NCBI GenBank assembly: GCA_963726265.1
Contig: CAVSBQ010000002.1
Span: 448,001 to 512,000, forward strand
Reading direction: 5' to 3'
DNA: 64,000 nucleotides
Origin: Candidatus Aenigmatarchaeota archaeon
Lineage (GTDB): Archaea > Aenigmatarchaeota > Aenigmatarchaeia > QMZP01 > QMZT01
Numbering within the stretch: the first letter of the stretch is position 1; every line of letters begins with the position of its first letter. Position numbers and translations under genes: made by a program. Below, one piece after another: positions 53,839 to 63,377 of the stretch. Below the pieces are notes generated by a model that made no database searches, was not told the DNA's origin, and was given only the letters and a program-made list of their open reading frames with translations.

Positions 53839-54414
53839 ATGATGGCAGCGGAAAAAGAGCAAAGGAAAGAGAAGACGGAGAAGAAGGGAGGGCACAGAGA
53901 GCAGAAGGAACAGACGGAAGCTGCCAGACCGCCTGAGAAGAGGTTGCTGAACGTCGTCAGGCTCGGCGAAACGAACCTCGACGGCAACAGAAAAGTGTCA
54001 TCCGCGCTGCTCGGCATAGACGGCATATCATTTTCCATGTCCAGGATCATAGCGGACATTTCAAAGCTCGGTGAAAAGAAGGTTTCCGAGCTTTCTGACG
54101 AGGAAATCCACAAGCTTGAAGACATCATAAACCACCCGGACAAACACCATATCCCTTCATGGATGTACAACAGGAGAAAGGGCCCGGAAAAGGGCGAAAC
54201 CGTGCATCTCACGACCTCGCAACTTGAATTCAGCCAGAAGATGGACATAGACAGGATGAAAAAAACGAGGACGTATAAGGGCGTAAGGCACATGCTGGGC
54301 CAGCCCGTCCGCGGCCAGAGGACAAGAAGCTCCTTCAGGACCGGCGGAACCGTGGGTGTGCAGAGGAAGGCCGCAAAAGCCGCGCGGGCTGCTACCAGCA
54401 AGGGCGAGAAGTGA
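53839..54414 (+). CDS. rps13: 30S ribosomal protein S13
   Basis: IPSWMYNRR, YKG.RH..G.PVRGQRTRS. Confidence 0.96.
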   Translation: MMAAEKEQRKEKTEKKGGHREQKEQTEAARPPEKRLLNVVRLGETNLDGNRKVSSALLGIDGISFSMSRIIADISKLGEKKVSELSDEEIHKLEDIINHPDKHHIPSWMYNRRKGPEKGETVHLTTSQLEFSQKMDIDRMKKTRTYKGVRHMLGQPVRGQRTRSSFRTGGTVGVQRKAAKAARAATSKGEK

Positions 54415-54419
54415 TTGCC

Positions 54420-54881
54420 ATGAGAAGAATCAGAAAAAAGATGAAGAGGCCGCGAGCGCCGTGGGATGCGGTGAGACTCGAGGAAGAAGGCAAGATGCTG
54501 AGGGAATTCGGCCTGAGAAGGAAGAGGGAGATATGGAGCGCCGAGGCAATCGTGCGCAGCTTCAGGCGAAGGGCAAGGAATCTCATCGCCATGAAGGACG
54601 AGAAAAAAATGAAAATCCTTCTCGACAAGCTGACTGAAATCGGCCTCATCCAGAAAGGCCAGGGCCTTGACCAGGTCCTCCAGCTCAAGACGAACAACAT
54701 CCTCGAGAGGAGGCTTCAGACCATTGTTTACAAAAAGGGACACGCTTCGTCCATAAAGGATGCGAGGCAGAAAATCGTCCACGGCCATGTTTATCTGGGC
54801 GGCAGGAGAACGACATTCCCGTCATTCATAGTTTCTGCGGCGCAGGAATCAGTGATAACGGTAAAGGGTGGAAATAAATGA
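54420..54881 (+). CDS. rps4: 30S ribosomal protein S4
   Basis: [25 protein letters not shown]. Confidence 0.96.
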   Translation: MRRIRKKMKRPRAPWDAVRLEEEGKMLREFGLRRKREIWSAEAIVRSFRRRARNLIAMKDEKKMKILLDKLTEIGLIQKGQGLDQVLQLKTNNILERRLQTIVYKKGHASSIKDARQKIVHGHVYLGGRRTTFPSFIVSAAQESVITVKGGNK

Positions 54882-55267
54882 AAGACGAAAAATGGGGCAT
54901 CTGCCACATATATTCTTCGAGCAACAACACGATTATCCACATCACCGACCTTACCGGCTCGGAAACGATAGCCAGGTGTTCCGGCGGCATGATAACCAGC
55001 AGGGACAAGGACAAGGGCTCGCCGTTCCCCGCGATGAAGGCAGCGAAAAAAGTCGCGGAAGAGGCGATAAGCAAGGGTCTTGTCGGCGTCCATCTGAAGG
55101 TCCGCGCGCAGGGCGGCCACAAGAAGAAGATACCGGGCGCAGGCGCGCAGCCCGCGATTCGTGCGCTCGTAAGGGCCGGGCTCAGGATCGGAAGGATTGA
55201 AGACGCGACGCCAGTCCCGCATGACACGACGAGGAAACCCGGAGGCCGCGGAGGAAGGCGCGTCTAA
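54878..55267 (+). CDS. rps11: 30S ribosomal protein S11
   Basis: [29 protein letters not shown]. Confidence 0.97.
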   Translation: MKDEKWGICHIYSSSNNTIIHITDLTGSETIARCSGGMITSRDKDKGSPFPAMKAAKKVAEEAISKGLVGVHLKVRAQGGHKKKIPGAGAQPAIRALVRAGLRIGRIEDATPVPHDTTRKPGGRGGRRV

Positions 55268-55284
55268 CGCGAATGTGATGTTCC

Positions 55285-56283
55285 ATGGCAAGAGGTCACA
55301 AACCACGAGCGGGTTCGAGAGCATTCTGGCCGAAGAAGCGGGCGAAAAGGATATACCCGAGATTAAAGCACTCGCCGCAGCTTGACATAGTTGCGAAAAA
55401 AGTAAGCGGCACCAGGCCGATCGAATTCGCGGGCTACAAGGCGGGCATGACCCACGTCATCTTCAACGACACGCGAAAGAAAAGCGTCAGCCATGGCATG
55501 GACGTTTCTAAAGCGGTCTCCGTTATCGAATGCCCGCCGCTTTTCGTTTTCGGCATAAAGCTTTACACGAGGGATTCGAATGGCTACGCAACCATGGGCA
55601 TGATATGGTCAAAGGACCTGAAAAGGGATATCGTGAGGAAGCTTGACGTGCCTAAAAAGACGAAGGCGTCGGTTCAGGATTTCGAAGGCAGGCTTGCGCA
55701 GGTCGCGGATGTCCGCGTTCTTGTCCAGACGCAACCGAGGGATACTGGCTTAGGAAAGAAAAAGCCCGAGGTCTTCGAGCTCGACCTTTCCGGTTCGACC
55801 GGGGAAAAATGGCAATACGCGAAGGAGAAGCTCGGCAAGGAAATCGACGTGCGCGACGTTTTCTCCGAAGGTGAGTATGTCGACGTCAAGGGAGTGACGA
55901 AAGGCAAAGGCTACCAGGGCCCTGTCAAGAGGTTCGGCATAAAAATCAGGTCGCGCAAAAACAAGCTCAAGATGCGCCACCTGGGAACCATGGGTCCTGT
56001 CACCCCGAGCAGGGTTCTGCCAGGCGCGGTCGCTCAGGCGGGCCAGATGGGCTTCCAGACCAGAACCGAGTTCAACAAGCGCCTGGTGAAGATAGGCAGC
56101 GACGGCGTAAAAATCGATGGTGGCTTCATCAATTACGGCGAGGTCAGGAAGAATTATGTTCTCATCGAGGGCTCTGTTCCCGGCGCAAGGAAGAGGCTGA
56201 TTTTCTTCAGGAAGTCGTTCAGAAGAATGGACGAGAGAGATCCGACGGAACTGAAATCAATACACACCGGCTCGCAGCAGTAA
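55285..56283 (+). CDS. rpl3: 50S ribosomal protein L3
   Basis: FAGYKAGMTH, VTKGKG.QGPVKRFG, QAGQMGF..RTE.NK. Confidence 0.97.
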   Translation: MARGHKPRAGSRAFWPKKRAKRIYPRLKHSPQLDIVAKKVSGTRPIEFAGYKAGMTHVIFNDTRKKSVSHGMDVSKAVSVIECPPLFVFGIKLYTRDSNGYATMGMIWSKDLKRDIVRKLDVPKKTKASVQDFEGRLAQVADVRVLVQTQPRDTGLGKKKPEVFELDLSGSTGEKWQYAKEKLGKEIDVRDVFSEGEYVDVKGVTKGKGYQGPVKRFGIKIRSRKNKLKMRHLGTMGPVTPSRVLPGAVAQAGQMGFQTRTEFNKRLVKIGSDGVKIDGGFINYGEVRKNYVLIEGSVPGARKRLIFFRKSFRRMDERDPTELKSIHTGSQQ

Positions 56284-56331
56284 GGCACAGCAACTGCTAT
56301 TTATTTAATCAGGCTAGTTCAATTCATTCTT

Positions 56332-56844
56332 ATGGATTTGTGGTATTGCGTAACGCTGGCCGGGCAGCCGGAGGTGTGGATGGCATCGACCCTCGTGGCT
56401 GCCTTGATATACGCCTACCTTAGAAAAGGCCTTGGCACAGAAAGCAGGAAAAGGGCCAAGGCCGTTGTTCTGATTTACATAATAGGCATATGGTTGTCGC
56501 TTTCTCTGGTATTCATACTCAAAAACGCCGTGCAGACCGAAAGGCCATGCATACCCTGCAATTCGCTTGCGGAGAACTGCAATCCCTATTGCGGCACCGA
56601 CAATTCCTTCCCGTCAGGCCATGCAGCGGCGATATTCGCGGCCTTCACGGCGCTTTACGCCGGGACGCGCAAGAAATGGCTCATCCCGCTTTTCATACTG
56701 CCGGTCCTCGTTTCATATTCCAGATACGCTCTTGGCGTGCATTACGCAAGCGATATAATCGCCGGCGCATTCATAGGCATCGCCGGCCCGTGCGTGGCAT
56801 TCCTGTTAGTCAGGCAATACAATCTGGACAAAAAGCCGAAATAA
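56332..56844 (+). CDS. PAP2 family phosphatase
   Basis: K......RP, SFPSGH, SR..LGVHY.SD. Confidence 0.9.
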   Translation: MDLWYCVTLAGQPEVWMASTLVAALIYAYLRKGLGTESRKRAKAVVLIYIIGIWLSLSLVFILKNAVQTERPCIPCNSLAENCNPYCGTDNSFPSGHAAAIFAAFTALYAGTRKKWLIPLFILPVLVSYSRYALGVHYASDIIAGAFIGIAGPCVAFLLVRQYNLDKKPK

Positions 56845-56853
56845 TCAAAGAGC

Positions 56854-58071
56854 CTAAACCTTGTATCTCAGAATCCCGCCTATGCCGCCCATTTCTTTGA
56901 GCTGGCTGCCTTCTTTCGTGTCGGACGATATCATCTCGACGTTGGTGCTCATTTCTTCAGCCATCTTCACTATCTCGTCCGTCAGGTCTTTCTCGGCCAG
57001 GATTTCGTAAAGCTCGCTGCACTTCGGGCATTTCAGGCTCTCGAGCTTGTCCCTCGCCATCACGGCGTCGCTCTCCTCTCCGCATTTGGGGCACTTGACC
57101 CTCGCCTTCACCCAGTCGAGCTTGTCGGAAACCAGCAGGATTTCCATGGTGCCTGCCTTTAGCGCGTCGATAATCTCCTTGAGCCCGTATACCGCGAGGC
57201 CGGAATCCTTGCCGAGCTCGTTGAAAAAGCGCATGAGCAGCTTCTTCTCCTTCATCACGCTCGCTTCCTTGAGCGCTTCCTCGGACCTGTTGACCGCTTC
57301 CTCGAGGCCGTATTCCCCCATGTATGATATGTCGACGACGCCGATGACCTTTTTCTGGAAGTCGTATCTCAGAAACCCGCCTGAAGCGAATGTATCTTTC
57401 ACCGGGCCCGGCCCTCCCACTATGATGCCTATCAGGTCTTTCTGCTCATCGAACTGTTTGGAAGCGATGTCGCCGACCTTCTTCATGAAGTCGTTGAGCA
57501 GGCCCTCGCGCACGCGCGCATATCTGGCTTGGGACCACCCACCTGCCTCTGTTTTTCCTGGCACAAGAGAGTCCATATGCTTCAGCGGCCTGACCTTCTT
57601 GCCGTGCAATATCCCTACGTCCGCCTCGGACTTGTCGATTATCACGATGCCGAATATCTCGCGCTCGCGTATCATCTCCTTCAGCGGGTCGAGCACGAAT
57701 TTCTGGTCGCACCAGTAAAGCCGCTGTTTCATTGGTTCCGGCGGCTCAAGGGCGAATATCTCGACATCCGAAACTCCTTCGCGCTCAGAGATGTTTCCGG
57801 AAAAAACGACCAGGCCGTTCGGAGGCGTTTGCTTATACAGTTTCAGGTGCTGGGTTATGCGCTCGAGCGCGGACATGACGTTCTTGCGCACGGACTTCGA
57901 CTTGATGTTTTGGGCGGTCGACTTCTCGTTGCTTATCTGCTCGACCACTTTAAAGAGGTTGAAGCCCGCAGGAATGTAAACGGAAACGAGCTCCGTATGG
58001 CGACCCTTGAACTTGTCCAGTTCTTCGACTAAGTCTTTCAATCTTCTCTTCCGTATGTCCTCATGCGTCAT
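56854..58071 (-). CDS. prf1: archaeal peptide chain release factor aRF1 with GGW replacing GGQ
   Basis: GRHTELVSVYIP, NIKS, YWCDQKF, Zn-ribbon in domain 3, C-terminal GGIGGILRY. Confidence 0.95.
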   Translation of the reverse strand: MTHEDIRKRRLKDLVEELDKFKGRHTELVSVYIPAGFNLFKVVEQISNEKSTAQNIKSKSVRKNVMSALERITQHLKLYKQTPPNGLVVFSGNISEREGVSDVEIFALEPPEPMKQRLYWCDQKFVLDPLKEMIREREIFGIVIIDKSEADVGILHGKKVRPLKHMDSLVPGKTEAGGWSQARYARVREGLLNDFMKKVGDIASKQFDEQKDLIGIIVGGPGPVKDTFASGGFLRYDFQKKVIGVVDISYMGEYGLEEAVNRSEEALKEASVMKEKKLLMRFFNELGKDSGLAVYGLKEIIDALKAGTMEILLVSDKLDWVKARVKCPKCGEESDAVMARDKLESLKCPKCSELYEILAEKDLTDEIVKMAEEMSTNVEMISSDTKEGSQLKEMGGIGGILRYKV

Positions 58072-58143
58072 ATTTATCACTTGTCTCGACGGGTTAAATA
58101 AAAGCTAAAATAAATTTAACGGGCCTCTGCTTAAAAAGCATTG

Positions 58144-59496
58144 TCAGGCCTTTCTGGCAAATGTCAAGAGCTTGTCATTAACCATATCTGGCTCGGGTAT
58201 GCAGATATCTTCAAAAATAATCCATTCGGCATCATAATCTGATTTTTGTTTATACTCCGATTCCGTGTGATATTCGCTTTCAATCTGATAGTCAGAAAGC
58301 GAAAATGTTTTTTCCTTCTTTGATTTGTATTTTTCCTCGCTTATAGCATCTTTTATGTGTGTCTCTTTTTTCAGTTCAATGGAAAATTCTTCGTGTGGCG
58401 GCGGCGAATAGGATTGCTGCTGCACGGATGTTGTGAATCTCCATTTTTCTTTCCCATTTAAGGCGTTCAAACAGTAGAGATGACAGTCCCAACTACCGAA
58501 ATAAATATTATCATTAAAGAAACATGGAAAATCATAAACAGATCCGCCTGCCCTGAATCTCCAGAGCTCTTTTCCGTCTAAATTTAGTGCGTAAACATTA
58601 CTGTCCTCGGATGGCAGATAGATTATGCCATCTTTTATTCCTACACCGATTACGATGCCACCGGTTCTGAACCTCCACAGTTCCTTGCCGTTCAGATCCA
58701 GAGCGAACAGTATCCCGTCTCTGGAGCCTATGTAAAGAACTCCTTGGTAAACTAAAGGTGAGCTCGAAAGTCCGAGTTTGCCAAGCTTGCTTCGCCACAA
58801 TTCCTTTCCCGTATCTGCCCTTAAGGCGTACAGGTAATTGTCCCAAGAAGGAATGTATACCACATCTTCATGAACGAGCAGTGTGTTATCACTTTGTACT
58901 TCCCCGCCCGTCCTGAACCTCCATATTTCCTTTCCTGTTTCTTCCTCCAGACAATAAAGATTTCCGTCGAAGCTGCCCACGTAAACTCTTCCTTTGTAAG
59001 CCACAGGAGAGAATGCCGATTCATCACCCATTCTGAATCTCCATATCTCCCTTCCATCTTTGGTATTCAAACAATACAGATTGCTGTCCCTTGAAGTGAA
59101 ATATAATTTTTCACTATTAACAAATGGGAGGCAGAATATTTCTTTTGAGGCCTGGAAAGACCATATTTCTTTGCCTGTCTCGAAATCTATTGCATACATC
59201 TTTCCACCATAACCACCAACATAGATAACATCCTCGTAAACTTCAGAGACTGGTGAAAGTACCATTCCGTTGGTTTTGAACTTCCATATTTCCTCACCAT
59301 TTTCTGCGTTTATGCAATAAATATAGTGATCCATGCAACCAAAATATGCTTTGTTACCATGTGCTCTGGAATAGCATATGCTACCTCCAAAACCGTGCCT
59401 CCATATCCTGTCGAATTTCTTTATCTTCTTAATTTCAAAATCCTCTAATTCCGTTTCAAAATCGGCGGATTCGAAACCTTCAAAGCCGAAATCCAT
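58144..59496 (-). CDS. PQQ-type beta-propeller repeat protein, no signal peptide
   Basis: repeated GKE.WRF.T blades. Confidence 0.9.
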   Translation of the reverse strand: MDFGFEGFESADFETELEDFEIKKIKKFDRIWRHGFGGSICYSRAHGNKAYFGCMDHYIYCINAENGEEIWKFKTNGMVLSPVSEVYEDVIYVGGYGGKMYAIDFETGKEIWSFQASKEIFCLPFVNSEKLYFTSRDSNLYCLNTKDGREIWRFRMGDESAFSPVAYKGRVYVGSFDGNLYCLEEETGKEIWRFRTGGEVQSDNTLLVHEDVVYIPSWDNYLYALRADTGKELWRSKLGKLGLSSSPLVYQGVLYIGSRDGILFALDLNGKELWRFRTGGIVIGVGIKDGIIYLPSEDSNVYALNLDGKELWRFRAGGSVYDFPCFFNDNIYFGSWDCHLYCLNALNGKEKWRFTTSVQQQSYSPPPHEEFSIELKKETHIKDAISEEKYKSKKEKTFSLSDYQIESEYHTESEYKQKSDYDAEWIIFEDICIPEPDMVNDKLLTFARKA

Positions 59497-60825
59497 AATT
59501 CTTCCTCCACTATGTTTTCAAAAGTCACTAAATTGACATCATAATCCGACTTCTGTTTGTATTCGGATGTCGTTGAGTATTCGCTTGTGACATGATAATC
59601 GGAAAGCGAAACTGTCTCGTCCTTCTTTTTCGCTTTATACCTGTCATCGGATACCGCGTCTTCGACGTGCGTTTCCTTCTTTATCTCGGCGCTGAACGAG
59701 GCGTGCGCCGGCGCTATGTATGCCTGCACCATTGTCGAGGTCGGGCATCTCCACACTTCCTTTCTTTTGTCTATGTCTATGGCGTAAAAATAACAGTCCC
59801 AGCTGCCGATGTAAACCTTGCCTTCGTGCAGGAGGAACTTGCCATACGTCCTCCCGCCGGTCCTGAACCTCCAGAGCTCTTTGCCTGCCATGTCCAGAAA
59901 ATAAACATTCTCGTCCTCGCAGCCGAAAATTATCATGCCGTTGTAAAGCCTCGGCTGCTGCCCGATTATCGGCCCTCCCGCGCGGAAGCGCCAGAGCTCC
60001 CTGCCCCTGAGAGTGAGGGCGAAAAAGTCCCCGTCCCTTGTGCCGAAGTAAAGCACGTTATTATGGACGATTGGCATGCTGCCTCCGATGCCGTATTTGC
60101 CCGATTTGAATCTCCACAACTCCTTGCCGGTATTGCAGTCAACGGCGTAAAGATAATTGTCGAGGCTGCCGAAATAGAGAACTCCCCTGTGGATTATGAA
60201 GGGTATGTTGTTTATCATCTCGTCGCCCGTCCTGAACCTCCACAGCTCCTTTCCGGTTTTGGCGTCAAGGCAATACATGTTGTGGTCGTAAGACGTGATG
60301 TAAACCTTTCCGTTTTCAACCAGTGGTGATGACGCTATCTCCCCGCCCGTCCTGAACCGCCAGTTCTTCCTTGCCGGTCTCGCAGCTGACCGCATAAACG
60401 TTACCGTCCATCGAACCGAAATAGGCATTTTTACCGTAAACGAACGGCGAGCTGAATATCTTGCCCGAGGTCTTGAAAACCCAGACTGCGTCCCTTTTTT
60501 CCAAATCTATCCTGTAGAGGTTCCCGTCGTATGAACCTATGATTATCGAGTTATCGAAAAGCGCAGGCGAGGAGCCGACAATGCTGTCGTTGGTCCTGAA
60601 CGTCCAGATGACTTTGCCACTTCCGGCATCAACCGCATAGACTTGGCCGTCGCATGCGCCAAAGTATATGACCCCTTCGTGCATCAGCGGGTTGTTGTCT
60701 ATGCTGCCGCCAGGGCTCGTCTTCCATACCCTGTCGTACGTCTTCGTCTTCTTCACCACGATTTCCTCGACGTCTACGTCGAAAGCGGAGAAGCCGGAGT
60801 CAAGGTCCTCGAATCCGAAGTCCAT
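59445..60825 (-). CDS. PQQ-type beta-propeller repeat protein, frameshifted near 60365
   Basis: ORFs 60316-60825 and 59445-60428 join at TGKE/WRFRTGG. Confidence 0.82.
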
Positions 60826-60969
60826 CCAAGACCACCTATATTAATTAATTTATTAAAATTTAGTTGGTTTCAGGGCTTATAAACTGTTTAATCACTTAAA
60901 AGTCGTTATATACGTCTATTTTTCCATAAATATATAAAGACAGGATAAAATAAGTATTACCGAAACTCC

Positions 60970-61042
60970 AGCCCCGTAGTCTAGTGGCCAAGGATAACAG
61001 GCTCTGGACCTGTGGACGGCGGTTCGAATCCGCCCGGGGCTA
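60970..61042 (+). tRNA. tRNA-Gln(CTG), intronless
   Basis: AGCCCCG/CGGGGCT acceptor, ACAGG CT CTG GA CCTGT, GGTTCGAATCC. Confidence 0.96.
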
Positions 61043-61088
61043 TGCTATTTTTAATTAATTTTTATGCTGCCGGAAACCATTATAGAAT

Positions 61089-61430
61089 ATGGTAAAGATA
61101 ACAAACGTCAAGTTCGGCGAGGTCGAGATAGACGGGAAAACGTACTTCTCCGACATGATAGTCTGGTGGGACGGCAGGAGGGAGCTCGTGATGAAGTCCC
61201 ATGAATTCGGCATGAGCGACTTCCTCATGCTGGCCGAGAAAAAGCCCGAAATAATCGTGATAGGCACGGGCATCGACGGCATATGCAGGATTTACGAAGA
61301 GGTCCTGCAGGCCGCGGATGACAAAAAAATCGAGATATACCACGAGATCTCGCCAAAAGCGGCGAAGATGTTCAACGGCTTCCTGGCGGACAAAAAGCGA
61401 GTGGTTGCAGTCATACATTCCACCTCATGA
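61089..61430 (+). CDS. Mth938-like (DUF498) protein
   Basis: FG.V.IDGK.Y..D, PEIIVIGTG, FN, H.T. Confidence 0.85.
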   Translation: MVKITNVKFGEVEIDGKTYFSDMIVWWDGRRELVMKSHEFGMSDFLMLAEKKPEIIVIGTGIDGICRIYEEVLQAADDKKIEIYHEISPKAAKMFNGFLADKKRVVAVIHSTS

Positions 61431-61539
61431 GGCGCTGGTCTTATGATAACTGGTTTTCTGATTGCCGTGTTTACAGTGGGTCTGACGGAACTGGGTGGCA
61501 GAGGCAAGCGTATTTTAAACACGGATATAATTTTTTAAT

Positions 61540-62563
61540 ATGGGCGTGAATCTTTCCGAGCTGGTTTCAGGCAGGCAGATCGAGCTCTCCGATCTGAAAG
61601 GGCGGATGATAGCGATAGATGCCTACAACACGCTATACCAGTTTCTTTCGATCATACGCGACCGCTTCACCGGCGAGCCGCTGAAGGACTCGAAGGGCCG
61701 CATAACGTCGCATCTTTCCGGGCTGTTTTATCGAACGACCAACCTCCTCGAGAACGGGATAGACCCCGTTTTCGTGTTCGACGGCAAGCCGCCCGCGTTC
61801 AAGCATAAGACCGCCGAGAAGAGGAGCGCAATAAAAAAAGAAGCGGAGGCGAAGCTCGAGAAGGCCAGGGAAGAAGGCGACGCGGAAGCGATAAGGAGAT
61901 ATGCGCAGGCGACGTCGAAGCTGACCGGCGAAATGATAGAGTCCTCGAAAAGGCTGCTGGAGCTCATGGGCGTCGCGGTTCTCCAGGCACCGAGCGAAGG
62001 GGAAGCGCAGGCCGCGTACATGGCGAATGCCGGCGTCGTCTGGGCGAGCGGCTCGCAGGACTGGGATTCGCTGCTTTTCGGGGCGAACAGGATGATCAAG
62101 AACCTGACCGTGAGCGGGCGAAGAAAAATCCCCAGAAAAGAAGACTATGTGGAAATAAGGCCTGAAATAATCGAGCTCGAAACGCGCGCTCGCACGGCTC
62201 GGCATAAGCAGGGAGCAGCTGGTAATGATAGGGATTCTCATAGGCACGGACTACAACCCCGGCGGGATCAAGGGAATAGGCCCGAAGACCGCGCTGAAGC
62301 TGGTCAGGGAAAAGAAGGGTTTCGATGTTTTCTCGGGAATGAAATGGGATTTCGAGCCGAGCGCAGAAGAGATATTCGAATTCTTCATGCATCCCCCCGC
62401 GGCCGACCTGGAAATAAAAAGGCCGAAACCGGACATGGAAAGGCTGAAAGCCTTCATGCTGGATTTTGATTTTTCAGAGGAGCGCATCGGCAAGACCATC
62501 GAGCGGCTTGGCGACCTCAAAGGCAGGGGCTGCAGCGGCCTGGGCAAATGGCTCGTGAAATAG
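61540..62563 (+). CDS. fen: flap endonuclease 1, frameshifted near 62181
   Basis: [26 protein letters not shown] in first frame; [16 protein letters not shown] and PIP-like L.KW in second. Confidence 0.93.
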
Positions 62564-62681
62564 CGCAAAGACGAAAGAACCCGTTTTCAGGTATTTAGTT
62601 TTTTAAAAACAAGCGGACACAATATCAATATATAGGGCTGGAAGCATATCTTTTGTATAAATCCCGGACATGGTTGGTTTG

Positions 62682-63377
62682 ATGTTGGAAAGGGTTAAGA
62701 CTGGCATAGAAGGCCTGGACGAGATAATGAACGGCGGCATTCCCAAGGGGCAACTCGTGCTCATTTCAGGCACGTGCGGCACCGGCAAAACGACCATGTG
62801 CTCCCAATACGTCTACAACGGCCTGACCAAGTTCAAGGAAAACGCCATTTATCTTTCCTTCGAGGAGATGCCCCAGAACATAAAGAACAACGTCAAACAG
62901 TTCGGCATAGACTTTGAGCCCTTCGAGAAGGCCGGCAGGTTCGCCTTCCTCAAATACGACCCATACCACGTCGAAGAGGTGTTCGACATCCTGGAAAACT
63001 CCATAAGGGACATGGGGGCGCATAGGGTCGTTATCGACTCCGTTTCCGCGCTCGGCATCCACGTCAGGGACAAGGCCGAGCTGAGGCGCATGATATTCAA
63101 CCTTTCGGTCGTGCTCAGGAAACTGGGCTGCACCGCGTTCCTGGTCTCGGAAATCGTCCCCGGAAGCGAGGGCATTTCCAGATACGGCGTTGAGGAATTC
63201 GTGACGGACAGCGTGATTGTCCTTTACTACGAAAGGAGCGATTTCACGTTCAACCGCGCCATCCAGGTGTGGAAAATGAGCGGCTCCGACCACTCGAAAA
63301 AGCTGCATCCCTACAAGATAACGGAAAAAGGCGTGAGCGTGCAGCACAGGGACGAGGCCTTCTTCAGGAAAACCTGA
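62682..63377 (+). CDS. single-domain KaiC-like ATPase
   Basis: TGI.GLD....GG.P, GTCGTGKT, SFEE, VIDS. Confidence 0.88.
   Translation: MLERVKTGIEGLDEIMNGGIPKGQLVLISGTCGTGKTTMCSQYVYNGLTKFKENAIYLSFEEMPQNIKNNVKQFGIDFEPFEKAGRFAFLKYDPYHVEEVFDILENSIRDMGAHRVVIDSVSALGIHVRDKAELRRMIFNLSVVLRKLGCTAFLVSEIVPGSEGISRYGVEEFVTDSVIVLYYERSDFTFNRAIQVWKMSGSDHSKKLHPYKITEKGVSVQHRDEAFFRKT

Noticed and set aside
56854..58071. Stop-codon reassignment implied by the odd aRF1
   Set aside because: TAA, TAG and TGA all end conserved genes at expected lengths; NIKS and YxCxxxF are intact
62160..62230. Programmed frameshift in FEN1
   Set aside because: No slippery heptamer; one extra A in a short run explains it, and similar indels occur elsewhere
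62682..63377. Circadian KaiC system
   Set aside because: Single-domain KaiC-like ATPases are common in archaea; no kaiA/kaiB in the window
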